A stretch of 64,000 bases of DNA, from contig JAKQPK010000019.1 in assembly GCA_029564765.1 (NCBI GenBank), positions 27,919 to 91,918 of the forward strand, read 5' to 3'. Shown in pieces: positions 1-9,706 of the stretch (its first letter is position 1; the number at the start of each line of letters is the position of its first letter). Source of the stretch: Candidatus Omnitrophota bacterium (GTDB taxonomy: Bacteria > Omnitrophota > Gorgyraeia > Zapsychrales > Aceulaceae). The notes beneath the pieces are model-generated. The model saw only the letters and a program-made list of their open reading frames with translations, ran no database searches and was not told where the DNA came from. The position numbers were made by a program, and so were the translations under genes.

Positions 1-28
1 TGGCATCTTATCTGATCAAATCACGCTT

Positions 29-574
29 CTAATACCGGTCATAAATCGGCCAAATAGGGTCAGGGGCCCACTTTGCAGCAGCCGCGCCAGGATCAATAGA
101 TCCTTCTTTCTTCTTCAAGGCATCCACAGAGCTAGTGATATCAAAGATCAAGTCTTTTTTCTCACCCGTCGCGATGACCGTAATATCTAAATTATCGAAA
201 TAGCGGCTATTGGCTGAATAATACGCCTCAACTTCTTGATGGCCCCTGAATATCCAATCTATTTCCGGACGCCCAAATCTTTGCGCAAGGTACAGCATTT
301 CACCTTCAAAAACCGCTTTCTCAAAGATATCTTCCGCGCATTCCCATGTATCACAAGAAGAATAATCACCAATATCGTGCAGCAAGATCGCTTGATCAAA
401 ATTCTTACCGTCTCCATCGTCATGTAAATATCTCTGAAAAGCTTGGCTTTGCCCGCAGACGACATCTGCGCACAACAAAGTAACCACGCAACATAGAACA
501 CCAGCGGATACCCCAACTTTTTTAATAATCACATCCTTAGAAGATATTCTGAAAATTTTCTTGGGCGCAGTCAT
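29..574 (-). CDS. hypothetical secreted protein. The ORF track starts at a TTG at 601. An ATG at 572-574 forms a 4-nt ATGA overlap with the stop of the upstream gene.
   Basis: Minus-strand ORF with an N-terminal hydrophobic signal-like segment. No recognisable catalytic motif. Start chosen from the ATGA coupling with the NUDIX gene. Confidence 0.4.
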   Translation of the reverse strand: MTAPKKIFRISSKDVIIKKVGVSAGVLCCVVTLLCADVVCGQSQAFQRYLHDDGDGKNFDQAILLHDIGDYSSCDTWECAEDIFEKAVFEGEMLYLAQRFGRPEIDWIFRGHQEVEAYYSANSRYFDNLDITVIATGEKKDLIFDITSSVDALKKKEGSIDPGAAAAKWAPDPIWPIYDRY

Positions 575-1065
575 AAAACTCCGCAAAAAGTTAAAGCGCA
601 AACAGTTTTTCCATCAACGATCTTCCCTTCGCGAAACATCCTTTGCACTTGCGCGCGCGAAAGAACAACAGGCTCAAGCAACTCATCATCATCTTTCTGA
701 GCAGATGCGCAGGCAAGATCATAAGCAGCATATATATGGATCACTTCCGTTGAATACCCCGGGACGGGATATATGAACCCTTTGTACATAAAGCGCCTTG
801 CCTGGTAGCTGGTTTCTTCAGCGAGTTCGCGTTTCGCGCATGCAAGGCGCGATTCACCCGACTCAAGGGTTCCTGCCGGAAGCTCATAAATATATTTTTT
901 AAGAGTTGCTCGATACTGACGGATAAAAACGATCAAGGAAGGTTTCAAAAAAGGAACGAGCACGACAGCTCCAGGGTGAATGACCTTCTCCAGCCTCACG
1001 CGCATACCGCTGGGAAGGCGAACAAACTCTTGAACATAGGTAAATTTCTTTCCCTTAACCCTCAT
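571..1065 (-). CDS. NUDIX hydrolase (ADP-ribose pyrophosphatase-like)
   Basis: Nudix box GTLESGESRLACAKRELAEETSY (GX5EX7REUXEEXGU). 4-nt overlap with the upstream gene. Confidence 0.8.
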   Translation of the reverse strand: MRVKGKKFTYVQEFVRLPSGMRVRLEKVIHPGAVVLVPFLKPSLIVFIRQYRATLKKYIYELPAGTLESGESRLACAKRELAEETSYQARRFMYKGFIYPVPGYSTEVIHIYAAYDLACASAQKDDDELLEPVVLSRAQVQRMFREGKIVDGKTVCALTFCGVL

Positions 1066-1787
1066 GTCCGTTTCCTTTTCTCCAGCAAAAAAAGTGTTGG
1101 TCTTTTATCAACAGACGGCATATTCTCACGCCAGCGCTCAATGGTCATCGTTTTAATAAACTGATTTGCTCCGCACAGATCACAGGCAATGCATAGCCAC
1201 GTATCCTTGTCACAAAAGGAGAAGACATCGTTCAACAAACTTTCATTGCGATAAGGGGCTTCCATGAAGATCTGTGTTTCTCTGTCCTGCCAGGAGCGTT
1301 GTTCAAGGCCCTGCAAGGCGCGGATGCGCTCGTTCTTATCCTTAGGCAAATATCCATGAAAACAAAAGCGCTGTCCGTTGAGCCCTGAGGACATCAAGGC
1401 CAACAGGATCGCGGAAGGGCCGACCAACGGAACAACTTCTGCTCCGCGGCGATGAGCCTCCAGAACGATCTGATTGCCAGGGTCGGCAACGCATGGGGCA
1501 CCCGCTTCCGATAACAGTCCGCAATCCCGAGCTCCGATCTCATCGAGGATCTTCAATGCCTCACCTGCAAGATGATGCTCGTTATAAACAAAAAAGATCG
1601 CCTCGCGCAATGGAAAATCCTTAAAAAGACTTTTGAGATAGCGTCGAGCAGTTTTCTCCTCTTCAACGATGAAAATGCGCAATCCCTGGACGATCCTAGA
1701 AACGCTCTCAGGGATATCCTGCGACTGACCTTCATCATGGATAGAGGTTGGAATAAGATATAATTTAGCCATTTTGCTAGAGTTCAT
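1062..1787 (-). CDS. tetrapyrrole-methylase family SAM-dependent methyltransferase, RsmI-like (16S rRNA C1402 2'-O-methyltransferase-like)
   Basis: Motif VPLVGPSAILLALMSSGL...FCFHGYLPKDKNER resembles the RsmI/TP-methylase C-terminal region. The N-terminal LYLIPTSI resembles the RsmI LYVVPTPIGN motif but is divergent. Confidence 0.6.
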   Translation of the reverse strand: MNSSKMAKLYLIPTSIHDEGQSQDIPESVSRIVQGLRIFIVEEEKTARRYLKSLFKDFPLREAIFFVYNEHHLAGEALKILDEIGARDCGLLSEAGAPCVADPGNQIVLEAHRRGAEVVPLVGPSAILLALMSSGLNGQRFCFHGYLPKDKNERIRALQGLEQRSWQDRETQIFMEAPYRNESLLNDVFSFCDKDTWLCIACDLCGANQFIKTMTIERWRENMPSVDKRPTLFLLEKRKRT

Positions 1788-1808
1788 TTCTTCATATCGA
1801 AAACTGAC

Positions 1809-2516
1809 TTACAAAGATAATCCTTGGTACAGATCCGCCTTGCGCAATAAGAATATCATGACAGGCAGAAAAATATATACCAAAACAATGGTCCAGGCAA
1901 AAATGGAAATTGTGATCGACAAAAAATCTGTCAAAATATGCAAGAATCGCCATCTTGGTTGCAGATCATCAAAAGCATTACGCACGCCCTTCTTCTTATC
2001 TTCGATAGCCTTCAACTCGTAGATCTTTTTTGTATGAACGATCTCACCGCTCAACGCATCCTTGAGGATATTTAAAAACATCTGATTGTATTGGCATTTT
2101 TCTGGCGTATGTGTTCCGGCCACGTACTTGCAATCACACTCAGAGCAATACGAGTCGTATCGCATATGAAAAAAATTAGAATCTAGCAAATTATAGATAA
2201 GCCACGGAAGGTTAAAAATATCAGAAAGGTTGAACGGCCTTATCAGAAAACGATCATACTCGCGACCATACTGAAGAAGGTGCTTGTTGATCCGGTGTAT
2301 CATGGTTATGGATTTATCGCCAAAATAGCTGGCGAAGATATACTGCATATGACGGTCAACATGACCGATATTCTTTCCCTGAACATAGCGCCTGATAAAA
2401 CGCTTGCGCGTGTGCATCAGCGCTTCTTCCATGGATATATCGACCAAGTCCGCCCCGCAATGACTACAGCACATTCCCGTGCTGATAAAGATATAACACT
2501 TCGGACAAACACGCAT
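1809..2516 (-). CDS. zinc-ribbon protein with C-terminal transmembrane anchor, function unknown
   Basis: N-terminal CPKC...CSHC zinc ribbon and a second Cys cluster CSECDCKY...EKCQ. C-terminal hydrophobic helices (ITISIFAWTIVLVYIFLPVMIFLL). Confidence 0.5.
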   Translation of the reverse strand: MRVCPKCYIFISTGMCCSHCGADLVDISMEEALMHTRKRFIRRYVQGKNIGHVDRHMQYIFASYFGDKSITMIHRINKHLLQYGREYDRFLIRPFNLSDIFNLPWLIYNLLDSNFFHMRYDSYCSECDCKYVAGTHTPEKCQYNQMFLNILKDALSGEIVHTKKIYELKAIEDKKKGVRNAFDDLQPRWRFLHILTDFLSITISIFAWTIVLVYIFLPVMIFLLRKADLYQGLSL

Positions 2517-2522
2517 AAACGG

Positions 2523-3149
2523 CTACGCTCCTAAAACATCTTCTGGACGGCTTATTTTCTCCCACATTTTAAAGATCATTAAGAAAGGAGTGATGGTCAA
2601 GGTTAAAAGGCTTGCCACAGGAAAGAAATCCGCAAGGCAAATAGCTAATAATGAAAAAATGATGCAGAAGACCAGCAACCTGCGCTGTTTGACGATGACC
2701 GCGGCAGGAAGGTTTTCATGCACCAGGCGATGCTTGTGTGTCGCGTAAGCCCAATGGGCATAAAAAAGAACATTGATAATAAGAATGTTGACCTCAAAGG
2801 CAAGGATGGGGAACAAAAAGTGTCCATGATTGCCAAGCATTAAAGATGACAGCGGGATAAAAGAAACGAACATCAAAAGGGCGAGGTTTAAGAATATGAA
2901 CATCGGATCAACTGATCGGATAAAATGTGATTGCCGATGATGCTCCAACCATAAAACCCCCAGCAAAAAGAAGCTAAGGCCATAAGCAAAGAAATTAGTA
3001 TCAAGCTGGATAAAAAATAAAAAAAAGTCCCTCTCGCTTTGAGGCGCTCTTTGAACAAAAACTTCACTAAAATTCAAGACCAAAACGGTCATGACAATCG
3101 CAAAAATCCCATCAACTAAAGTTTCCAATCGGTTTGTTTTTAAACGCAT
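2523..3149 (-). CDS. DUF1211/TMEM175-family putative potassium channel
   Basis: N-terminal RLETLVDGIFAIVMTVLVL matches the DUF1211 TM1 signature (RLxxFSDGVFAIAITLLVLEL). Six predicted TM helices. Confidence 0.65.
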   Translation of the reverse strand: MRLKTNRLETLVDGIFAIVMTVLVLNFSEVFVQRAPQSERDFFLFFIQLDTNFFAYGLSFFLLGVLWLEHHRQSHFIRSVDPMFIFLNLALLMFVSFIPLSSLMLGNHGHFLFPILAFEVNILIINVLFYAHWAYATHKHRLVHENLPAAVIVKQRRLLVFCIIFSLLAICLADFFPVASLLTLTITPFLMIFKMWEKISRPEDVLGA

Positions 3150-3152
3150 ATA

Positions 3153-4310
3153 CTACCTTCTCTTGCAAGATTTTAACAACTTCGCCGCTCTGCTTCCTAA
3201 AAGACACGTGATCTCATAACTGATCGTACCCGCGATACGCGCGAGCTCATCAGCGCAGATCTCATTCTTTCCTTGCCGCCCCAAAACACAGACCTCATCA
3301 CCGATCTTGACACGCGCAACATGGCTTATGTCTGCCATGATCTGGTCCATCGTGACGGTCCCTAAGACAGGACATCTTTGGCCATGAATCAGAACGTCTG
3401 TTTTATTAGAGAATGTCCGTAAATATCCGTCATTATAGCCGATCGCGATCGTAGCGATCCTCATCCCTTGAGACGCTATGAAGCGATGTCCATAGCTAAT
3501 ACCTTGGCCCTTTGCAACTTTCTTCACAAAGGTAACGCGGGATTTCACGCTCATAACAGGCCTTAATGAGATCCTTGCCCTAACATTAGAGGCTGGATAT
3601 AGGCCATATAAGATAAGGCCTGCCCTTGCCATCGTAAAACCCTTAAGAGGGTAAACTGCGATCCCCATGCTGTTAGCTGCGTGGATGTGCTCAAAATGAA
3701 TAGAAGTATTCTTTTGGATATCTCGCACAATAGATAAAAATTCTTTTTGCTGGCGCAAGGTAAAGGGGCGGTCTTTATCGGACAACGGAAAATGCGTGCA
3801 AATGCCTTCGATCTTAAGCCAAGGGAGATCTGATATGCTGCGCGTAAAAAATAAGGCGTCTTGAGCAGCAACGCCCAAACGCCCCATACCCGTATCGACC
3901 TTGATATGAACAGGAATCTTTCGATGTTGTTTCGCCCCTAAAGCATTAAGCGCTTGAGCAAGCTCGTCCGTACAGATAATGGGAGTGATCTTATTTTCAG
4001 CTAAATATTTTGCGTGCTCAACAAGAGTGTTCTCGACCATTAAGATCGGGACTTTTATGCCTGCCTTGCGCAACGCGATCCCTTCATGCAGGTCAGAGAT
4101 CCCCAGCATATCAACGCCTCTTCGTTCCAGCAATTTCGCGATCGGGATATTTCCATGACCATACGCATCAGCCTTGATGACGCACAACACCTTAACTTGT
4201 TGGCCCGCGGCTTTCTTGATCACTGAAAAATTATGCTCAACAGCCTTCAAGTCGATCTCTGCCCATGCCATGGCAGGCGCGAATCTTTCTTGCGTGCTAG
4301 GGCTATTCAT
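3153..4310 (-). CDS. alr: alanine racemase
   Basis: PLP-lysine motif VIKADAYGHG. Start taken at the ATG forming an ATGA overlap with the tsaB stop (the ORF track extends 5 codons further). Confidence 0.85.
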   Translation of the reverse strand: MNSPSTQERFAPAMAWAEIDLKAVEHNFSVIKKAAGQQVKVLCVIKADAYGHGNIPIAKLLERRGVDMLGISDLHEGIALRKAGIKVPILMVENTLVEHAKYLAENKITPIICTDELAQALNALGAKQHRKIPVHIKVDTGMGRLGVAAQDALFFTRSISDLPWLKIEGICTHFPLSDKDRPFTLRQQKEFLSIVRDIQKNTSIHFEHIHAANSMGIAVYPLKGFTMARAGLILYGLYPASNVRARISLRPVMSVKSRVTFVKKVAKGQGISYGHRFIASQGMRIATIAIGYNDGYLRTFSNKTDVLIHGQRCPVLGTVTMDQIMADISHVARVKIGDEVCVLGRQGKNEICADELARIAGTISYEITCLLGSRAAKLLKSCKRR

Positions 4311-4996
4311 CGTTTCACCTGGCAATCTTGAGGATAAAGATACAATGGAACGATCGTCCGGCTATCGTCATATTTTCTTTGCTCGAATCTTGTCAATGAT
4401 AGTACGGCTAGCTGCTCAGCCTGAGGCAGCCAATGATTTTCATTCTCAAAGGAAACCTTGGACAAGCCGCGCGCAAAATGATGCTCGATGAGCGGTTGAT
4501 ATACGGCTATTCCATCACCAACAAAGATCGTTTCTTTCTTGATCAATGGAAAAAGATCCTTGATCCCGGCAAGAAAATAGCGCGATCTTCTTCTAAGCCC
4601 TTTAGATGACTTTGTATAAAATGCTGCGTAAACCATCTGTCGCTTGGCATCCGTAATAACGCAAATGTCTTGCGCCGCGGCCGTATTCACATTCATGGCG
4701 ATCGCATCCAAGCTTGAAATACCCACAACAGGTTTTTTGGTCGCAAGGCAGAACCCCTTGATCGTTGATAACCCAACCCGCAAACTTGTAAAAGAACCAG
4801 GCCCAAGCCCTACCGCGAACCCATCCAGCTTGGATAACGGCATTTTGGCTTTCTTTAATATCGAGTCAATAGCCGGGATAATGGAATCCGAAAGGATCTT
4901 ATCCAAGACAACATTATGGCTTGCTGCCGGCTCATTGTTCTTAAAGACCGCTAAACTAAAATTTTTCGTTGAAGTATCCAAAGCTAAAATATTCAT
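4307..4996 (-). CDS. tsaB: tRNA threonylcarbamoyladenosine biosynthesis protein TsaB (inactive Kae1/YeaZ paralog)
   Basis: MNILALDTSTKNFSLAV... YeaZ-type N-terminus. Adjacent to tsaE. Confidence 0.8.
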   Translation of the reverse strand: MNILALDTSTKNFSLAVFKNNEPAASHNVVLDKILSDSIIPAIDSILKKAKMPLSKLDGFAVGLGPGSFTSLRVGLSTIKGFCLATKKPVVGISSLDAIAMNVNTAAAQDICVITDAKRQMVYAAFYTKSSKGLRRRSRYFLAGIKDLFPLIKKETIFVGDGIAVYQPLIEHHFARGLSKVSFENENHWLPQAEQLAVLSLTRFEQRKYDDSRTIVPLYLYPQDCQVKR

Positions 4997-4997
4997 A

Positions 4998-5459
4998 TTA
5001 CACCTTGATCATTTCAAGAATGGCACATCCCCTGTCGCCATGGCCATAAAAAGTCATGTGCCTTTTCTCGCCTGCCTTATGAGTAATAACGATCTTTAAG
5101 CACTCTTTGGGCATGAACGCGCCTAGTTTATCCGCCCACTCGACCACGCAGATCCCTTGGCCGTATAAAAAGTCCTCAACGCCTATACCGGCGAGTTCGC
5201 GATCGCTCTCGATACGGTATAGATCAAAATGGTAAAGATCTTTTTTGCCCTCATAGACGTTTAGGAATGTAAATGTCGGGCTGCTAACCGCATTCTTGCC
5301 GAACCCTAACCCCTGGGCAATGCCTTTGGTCAAAACCGTCTTGCCACATCCTAGATCGCCCAGAAGACAAATAATATCTTTTGGCTTCAGCAAGCGTGCC
5401 AGTTGCTTGCCAAATTTAAGAGTTGCATAAGTTGATGGCGATAGAAATTCTTTGTGCAT
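4998..5459 (-). CDS. tsaE: tRNA t6A ATPase TsaE (YjeE)
   Basis: P-loop LLGDLGCGKTVLTKGIAQGLG. Size ~150 aa. Synteny with tsaB. Confidence 0.8.
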   Translation of the reverse strand: MHKEFLSPSTYATLKFGKQLARLLKPKDIICLLGDLGCGKTVLTKGIAQGLGFGKNAVSSPTFTFLNVYEGKKDLYHFDLYRIESDRELAGIGVEDFLYGQGICVVEWADKLGAFMPKECLKIVITHKAGEKRHMTFYGHGDRGCAILEMIKV

Positions 5460-5460
5460 A

Positions 5461-6366
5461 CTAGAAATGCGTATATCCTTTTGGCTTCAAGGCTTTCAGA
5501 TATCCCCTGTTATCCCGAAGAAAAAGCTTCCTCGGCCCGCGAACGATCTCTCCGATGCAAAAAACCTTTAATGCGTTCTGCCCAAAAAGCTTTTTGGCCA
5601 CTCCTGCAGAGGTCGTAAATAAAAGTTCAAAATCCTCTCCATCAAATAATGCATTATCAAGCGTAGCATCTTTACTGAGAGGGATCGATGTGACATCGAG
5701 AATAGCGCTTTTCTCACTTTCCTGTAAAATATGACCCAGGTCCGCGGCCAATCCATCAGAAATATCGATCATCGCGCTCGGTTTAAAGGACTGGACCAAT
5801 TTTCTGGCCTCAGAAAGCCTTGGCGTGAACGAAAGATGTTTTTTGGTCGGAAAAGACCTCCCTAGCGGACCTGTAACAAATATCTTATCACCGGCCTTTG
5901 CGCCGGAACGCAACACCAGATGCGATCTTTCTACTTCCCCCAGCAAGGCGACATTAACGATCAAACAAGGGCTTTGTATCGTATCCCCGCCTACAATGCT
6001 CACGCAGAACTCCTTGGCCAATCCATTCATGCCGCGATAAATATCCTCAACATAGCGCAAACGGCATGTTTTTGGAAGGCCGATCGAAACAACGGCCGAT
6101 GTGGCCACTCCTCCCATAGCCGCGATATCACTTAAAGAACAAGCTAAGGCTTTACGTCCCACAAGACGTCCATTCTCTTTTGCGGAAAAATGAACGCCAG
6201 CGCACAAAAGATCTGTCGTGAAAAGAAGATGTTTTTCTTTTGTGAACGGCAAAACCGCAGCATCATCACCAATTCCTTTGATGATATTTTTCTGCAAATG
6301 GATACCTTTCGCTAAACGCGCGATAAGTCCAAACTCCCCTATTTCAGAAAGCGTCCTAGCGGTCAT
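5461..6366 (-). CDS. thiL: thiamine-monophosphate kinase
   Basis: AIR-synthase-like fold, N-terminus MTARTLSEIGEFGLIARL typical of ThiL. Confidence 0.8.
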   Translation of the reverse strand: MTARTLSEIGEFGLIARLAKGIHLQKNIIKGIGDDAAVLPFTKEKHLLFTTDLLCAGVHFSAKENGRLVGRKALACSLSDIAAMGGVATSAVVSIGLPKTCRLRYVEDIYRGMNGLAKEFCVSIVGGDTIQSPCLIVNVALLGEVERSHLVLRSGAKAGDKIFVTGPLGRSFPTKKHLSFTPRLSEARKLVQSFKPSAMIDISDGLAADLGHILQESEKSAILDVTSIPLSKDATLDNALFDGEDFELLFTTSAGVAKKLFGQNALKVFCIGEIVRGPRKLFLRDNRGYLKALKPKGYTHF

Positions 6367-7405
6367 GGCCTATAAAATGCTTATAAATATTTTTCTTAAA
6401 CGAAGGACGAATGATCCCCTTCTCTGTCACGATACCCGTGATCAATCTATGCGGCGTAACATCAAAAGATGGGTTGTATGTCTTGACGCCCAAGGGCGCA
6501 ATGCGTTTCCCGGCAAGAAAAGTGATCTCCTTTCCATCGCGCTGCTCAATGACGATCTGTTTTCCGGATTGAATATTCTTATCAAAGGTCATCTCTGGAG
6601 CAACAATATAGAATGGAATACGATGATAATGCGCCAAAACTGCCAAACTGTACGTGCCGATCTTGTTAGCTGTATCACCGTTCGATGCGATGCGATCCGC
6701 TCCTGCAAAAATAATATCGATCTGGCCCTGAGCCATAAGACTTGCGGCCATACTGTCGCAGACGAGTGTCGTATCGACCTTCTCGCGCGTCAACTCCCAA
6801 GCAGTAAGCCTTGCCCCTTGCAAAAGCGGCCTCGTTTCACAAGCAAAGACCTTAAACTTCTTTCCTGCTTTCTTGGCTGAATACATGACACCTAACGCTG
6901 TTCCAAAATCCACGGTCGCAAGAGAGCCGGCATTACAGATCGTCAGGATACGCGAACCATTTTTGATCAGCTTGGCCCCGTGGATACCCATTTGGCGACA
7001 TACCCATCGATCTTCTTCAAAGATCGCCATGGCCTCTTGAAACAAAAGTTTTCTTGCTTTAAGAACAGATGCGTCAGGATGGTCTCTTAAGATGCACTGC
7101 ATACGGTCCAACGCGTTAAAGAGATTGACGGCGGTTGGACGTGACGAACCGATATAATGACAAAGCTTTTTTATCTGCGCGTCAAAACTTTTACGCTCTT
7201 TTGTCTTGATCTGCTTGAGCCCTAACAAAACCCCAAATGCGGCTGCGGCTCCCAAGGCTGGAGCTCCCCGGACAGCAAGGGTTCTAATCGCACGCCAAAG
7301 CTGGCTAACATTTTTGCAAGTAACAAATTTTAGCTGGAGAGGAAGTTTACGCTGATCAATAATGCGAATATGGTTTTGCGACCAGACAATCGTTGGGATA
7401 GCCAT
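6356..7405 (-). CDS. mtnA: methylthioribose-1-phosphate isomerase / eIF-2B-family sugar-phosphate isomerase
   Basis: IIDQRKLP...GAPALGAAAAFG motif of the MtnA/aIF-2BI family. No other methionine-salvage genes are nearby, so the substrate is uncertain. Confidence 0.7.
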   Translation of the reverse strand: MAIPTIVWSQNHIRIIDQRKLPLQLKFVTCKNVSQLWRAIRTLAVRGAPALGAAAAFGVLLGLKQIKTKERKSFDAQIKKLCHYIGSSRPTAVNLFNALDRMQCILRDHPDASVLKARKLLFQEAMAIFEEDRWVCRQMGIHGAKLIKNGSRILTICNAGSLATVDFGTALGVMYSAKKAGKKFKVFACETRPLLQGARLTAWELTREKVDTTLVCDSMAASLMAQGQIDIIFAGADRIASNGDTANKIGTYSLAVLAHYHRIPFYIVAPEMTFDKNIQSGKQIVIEQRDGKEITFLAGKRIAPLGVKTYNPSFDVTPHRLITGIVTEKGIIRPSFKKNIYKHFIGHDR

Positions 7406-7413
7406 AATGTCCT

Positions 7414-8916
7414 TTATGCAGCCTCTTGCTCGATACGAGGAAAGAGGGCGTCATGACTCTTAAGCGTCACGCCTGATATCAGCTTGCCCCACACAGGCTC
7501 TGCGCCTTTCGCGCTTAAAATATCTAGAATGGTATCGGTCCTGGATGGCATAACAGGCGATAAAAGAACGGCGCTGATGCGCAAGCTTTCGGTCGCGACA
7601 TAAAGAATAGTCCCCGCGCGAGGCAGGTCCGCCTTAGCGACCTTCCAGGGAGCCTGTTTTTCAAGATATGCATTCACAAAACGCACGAGTTTCATGACCT
7701 CCTCGATAGCGTCATGCACCGCAAAACACGCGACAAGCTCTTTGACCTTTTCCGGTAACGCTTTAGCGATCTGCGTGACAGCCTCATCATCAGCGCTCAA
7801 GGTCTCACATCCGGGAATATTCTTATCAAAATATTTACCGATCAGGCCGCTCACGCGATTCAAGAGATTACCAAAATCATTTGCCAGGTCGCTGTTATAG
7901 CGCTTCACGAAAGCTTCCAGATTAAAATTCGCATCCTGCCCCAAGACCATTTCGCGCATGAGAAAGTAGCGTACCGCATCAACGCCATACTGATCGATCA
8001 GGTCCAGCGGGTTAACAACATTCCCTAAAGACTTGCTCATTTTGGTCTCACCGATAAGCCACCAACCGTGCGCAAAGATCCGCTCCGGTAAGGGCAAGCC
8101 TAAAGAGAACAACATCGTCGTCCAATAAACCGAATGCGTTGTCAGGATATCCTTAGCCATTAAATGGACCGTCGCGGGCCACCACATCTTAAACTTCTCT
8201 TCATCAGCGCCATACCCAATACCCGTCACGTAATTTAAAAGCGCGTCAAACCAGACATACGTGACATACTCTTTATCGAATGGCAGCTCAATACCCCAGC
8301 TCATGCGTGCCTTAGGCCTGGAGATGCACAGATCTGCCAATGGTTTTTTAAGAAATCCCAGGATCTCATTCTTGCGATGGTCTGGCTGAATAAATCCAGG
8401 ATGCGCGTTGATGTGATCGATCAGGGCTTGCTGATATTTGCTCATACGAAAGAACCAGTTGCGCTCTTTGAGCATCTTAACATCACGGAACGCGCCTGAT
8501 TCCTTTTCAGCTTCCGTTATAAATCTTTCCTCCGCGACAGAATACCATCCTTCGTATTCATCGGCATAAATATCCCCTTTGTCATAGACTTTCTGCAAAG
8601 CATCCTGCACAACCTTCACGTGACGGTCTTGGGTCGTGCGGATAAAGTCGCTGTATTCGATCCCTAATTTTTTCCACAGGTCCAGAAAGCGTGGTGCCAG
8701 ATCATCGCAATGCGCCTGCTCTGACATGCCGCGCTTCTGCGCAGCTTGCTGAACCTTCTGGCCATGCTCATCGAGTCCTGTTAAGAAAAAGACCTCGTCA
8801 CCCGCGCGTCGATGAAAACGCGTCAGAACATCCGCCAGGATCGTCGTGTACGCATGGCCGATATGCGGCTTATCGTTAACATAATAAATAGGGGTTGTGA
8901 TATAAAATTTACTCAT
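7414..8916 (-). CDS. metG: methionyl-tRNA synthetase (short form)
   Basis: HIGH motif HIGHAYTT and KMSKS motif KMSKSLGN. Start taken at MSKFYITTPIYY (the ORF track extends 5 codons upstream). Confidence 0.9.
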   Translation of the reverse strand: MSKFYITTPIYYVNDKPHIGHAYTTILADVLTRFHRRAGDEVFFLTGLDEHGQKVQQAAQKRGMSEQAHCDDLAPRFLDLWKKLGIEYSDFIRTTQDRHVKVVQDALQKVYDKGDIYADEYEGWYSVAEERFITEAEKESGAFRDVKMLKERNWFFRMSKYQQALIDHINAHPGFIQPDHRKNEILGFLKKPLADLCISRPKARMSWGIELPFDKEYVTYVWFDALLNYVTGIGYGADEEKFKMWWPATVHLMAKDILTTHSVYWTTMLFSLGLPLPERIFAHGWWLIGETKMSKSLGNVVNPLDLIDQYGVDAVRYFLMREMVLGQDANFNLEAFVKRYNSDLANDFGNLLNRVSGLIGKYFDKNIPGCETLSADDEAVTQIAKALPEKVKELVACFAVHDAIEEVMKLVRFVNAYLEKQAPWKVAKADLPRAGTILYVATESLRISAVLLSPVMPSRTDTILDILSAKGAEPVWGKLISGVTLKSHDALFPRIEQEAA

Positions 8917-9706
8917 CGCTGCCTTGACCAAAAATAACCTTTGTTGTTTTTCCTTCCCCTAGATCAACTTTAACGCTACGCTCAAGATAATTAACATCAA
9001 CGACCTCTCCTTTGCCTTGGGGAGTGTTGATCTTAGCGCCGCGTTTAGGCATGCCCTTGGCATATTGTTTATATAGGGGGAATTCATATCCCATGCAGCA
9101 TTTAATACGTCCACAAACTCCTGAAATGCGCGATGGGTTGATCGGCAGGTCCTGCTCTTTGGCCATTTTGATCGTAAGCGGAATGAATTCACGCATATAC
9201 GATGTGCAGCACAAAACCCGGCCGCAACATCCTACGCCCCCGACAGATTTAGCTTGATCGCGAACCCCTATTTGTTTTAACTCAATACGCGCGTGAAAGA
9301 GGCCCGCCAGCTCTTTGACAAGATTGCGAAAATCTACACGCTCCTCAGAGATAAAAAAGAAAACGACCTTACTGTTATCGAAGCTGTATTCCCCATGAAC
9401 GATCTTCATCGACAATTTCTGCTCTGCAACTTTCTTTTCGCAGGCCGCGACTGCTTCCTTGGCCTTCTCTTTATTGCGAGCGATACGATTAAGGTCTTCC
9501 ACAGAGGCGAGCCGAATGACCTTTCCTGGCAGGTTTTCGATGCGCCCGTCAGGAGAAGCTTCCAGCTCACAAACAACCTTGCCATACTCAGTTGAGCGCT
9601 CAACAGATAAGATCACCATGTCTCCGCGCTTACATTCCACATCCTTAAGATTATATAATCCTAACCCTCGATACTCTCCTAGATGTATTTGAACTACCTT
9701 TTCCAT
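8909..9706 (-). CDS. PSP1 C-terminal domain protein (RicT/YaaT-like)
   Basis: PSP1 domain with a conserved Cys cluster (GVCGRIKCCMGYE). Gene order holB-ricT-metG as in Firmicutes. Confidence 0.75.
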   Translation of the reverse strand: MEKVVQIHLGEYRGLGLYNLKDVECKRGDMVILSVERSTEYGKVVCELEASPDGRIENLPGKVIRLASVEDLNRIARNKEKAKEAVAACEKKVAEQKLSMKIVHGEYSFDNSKVVFFFISEERVDFRNLVKELAGLFHARIELKQIGVRDQAKSVGGVGCCGRVLCCTSYMREFIPLTIKMAKEQDLPINPSRISGVCGRIKCCMGYEFPLYKQYAKGMPKRGAKINTPQGKGEVVDVNYLERSVKVDLGEGKTTKVIFGQGSDE

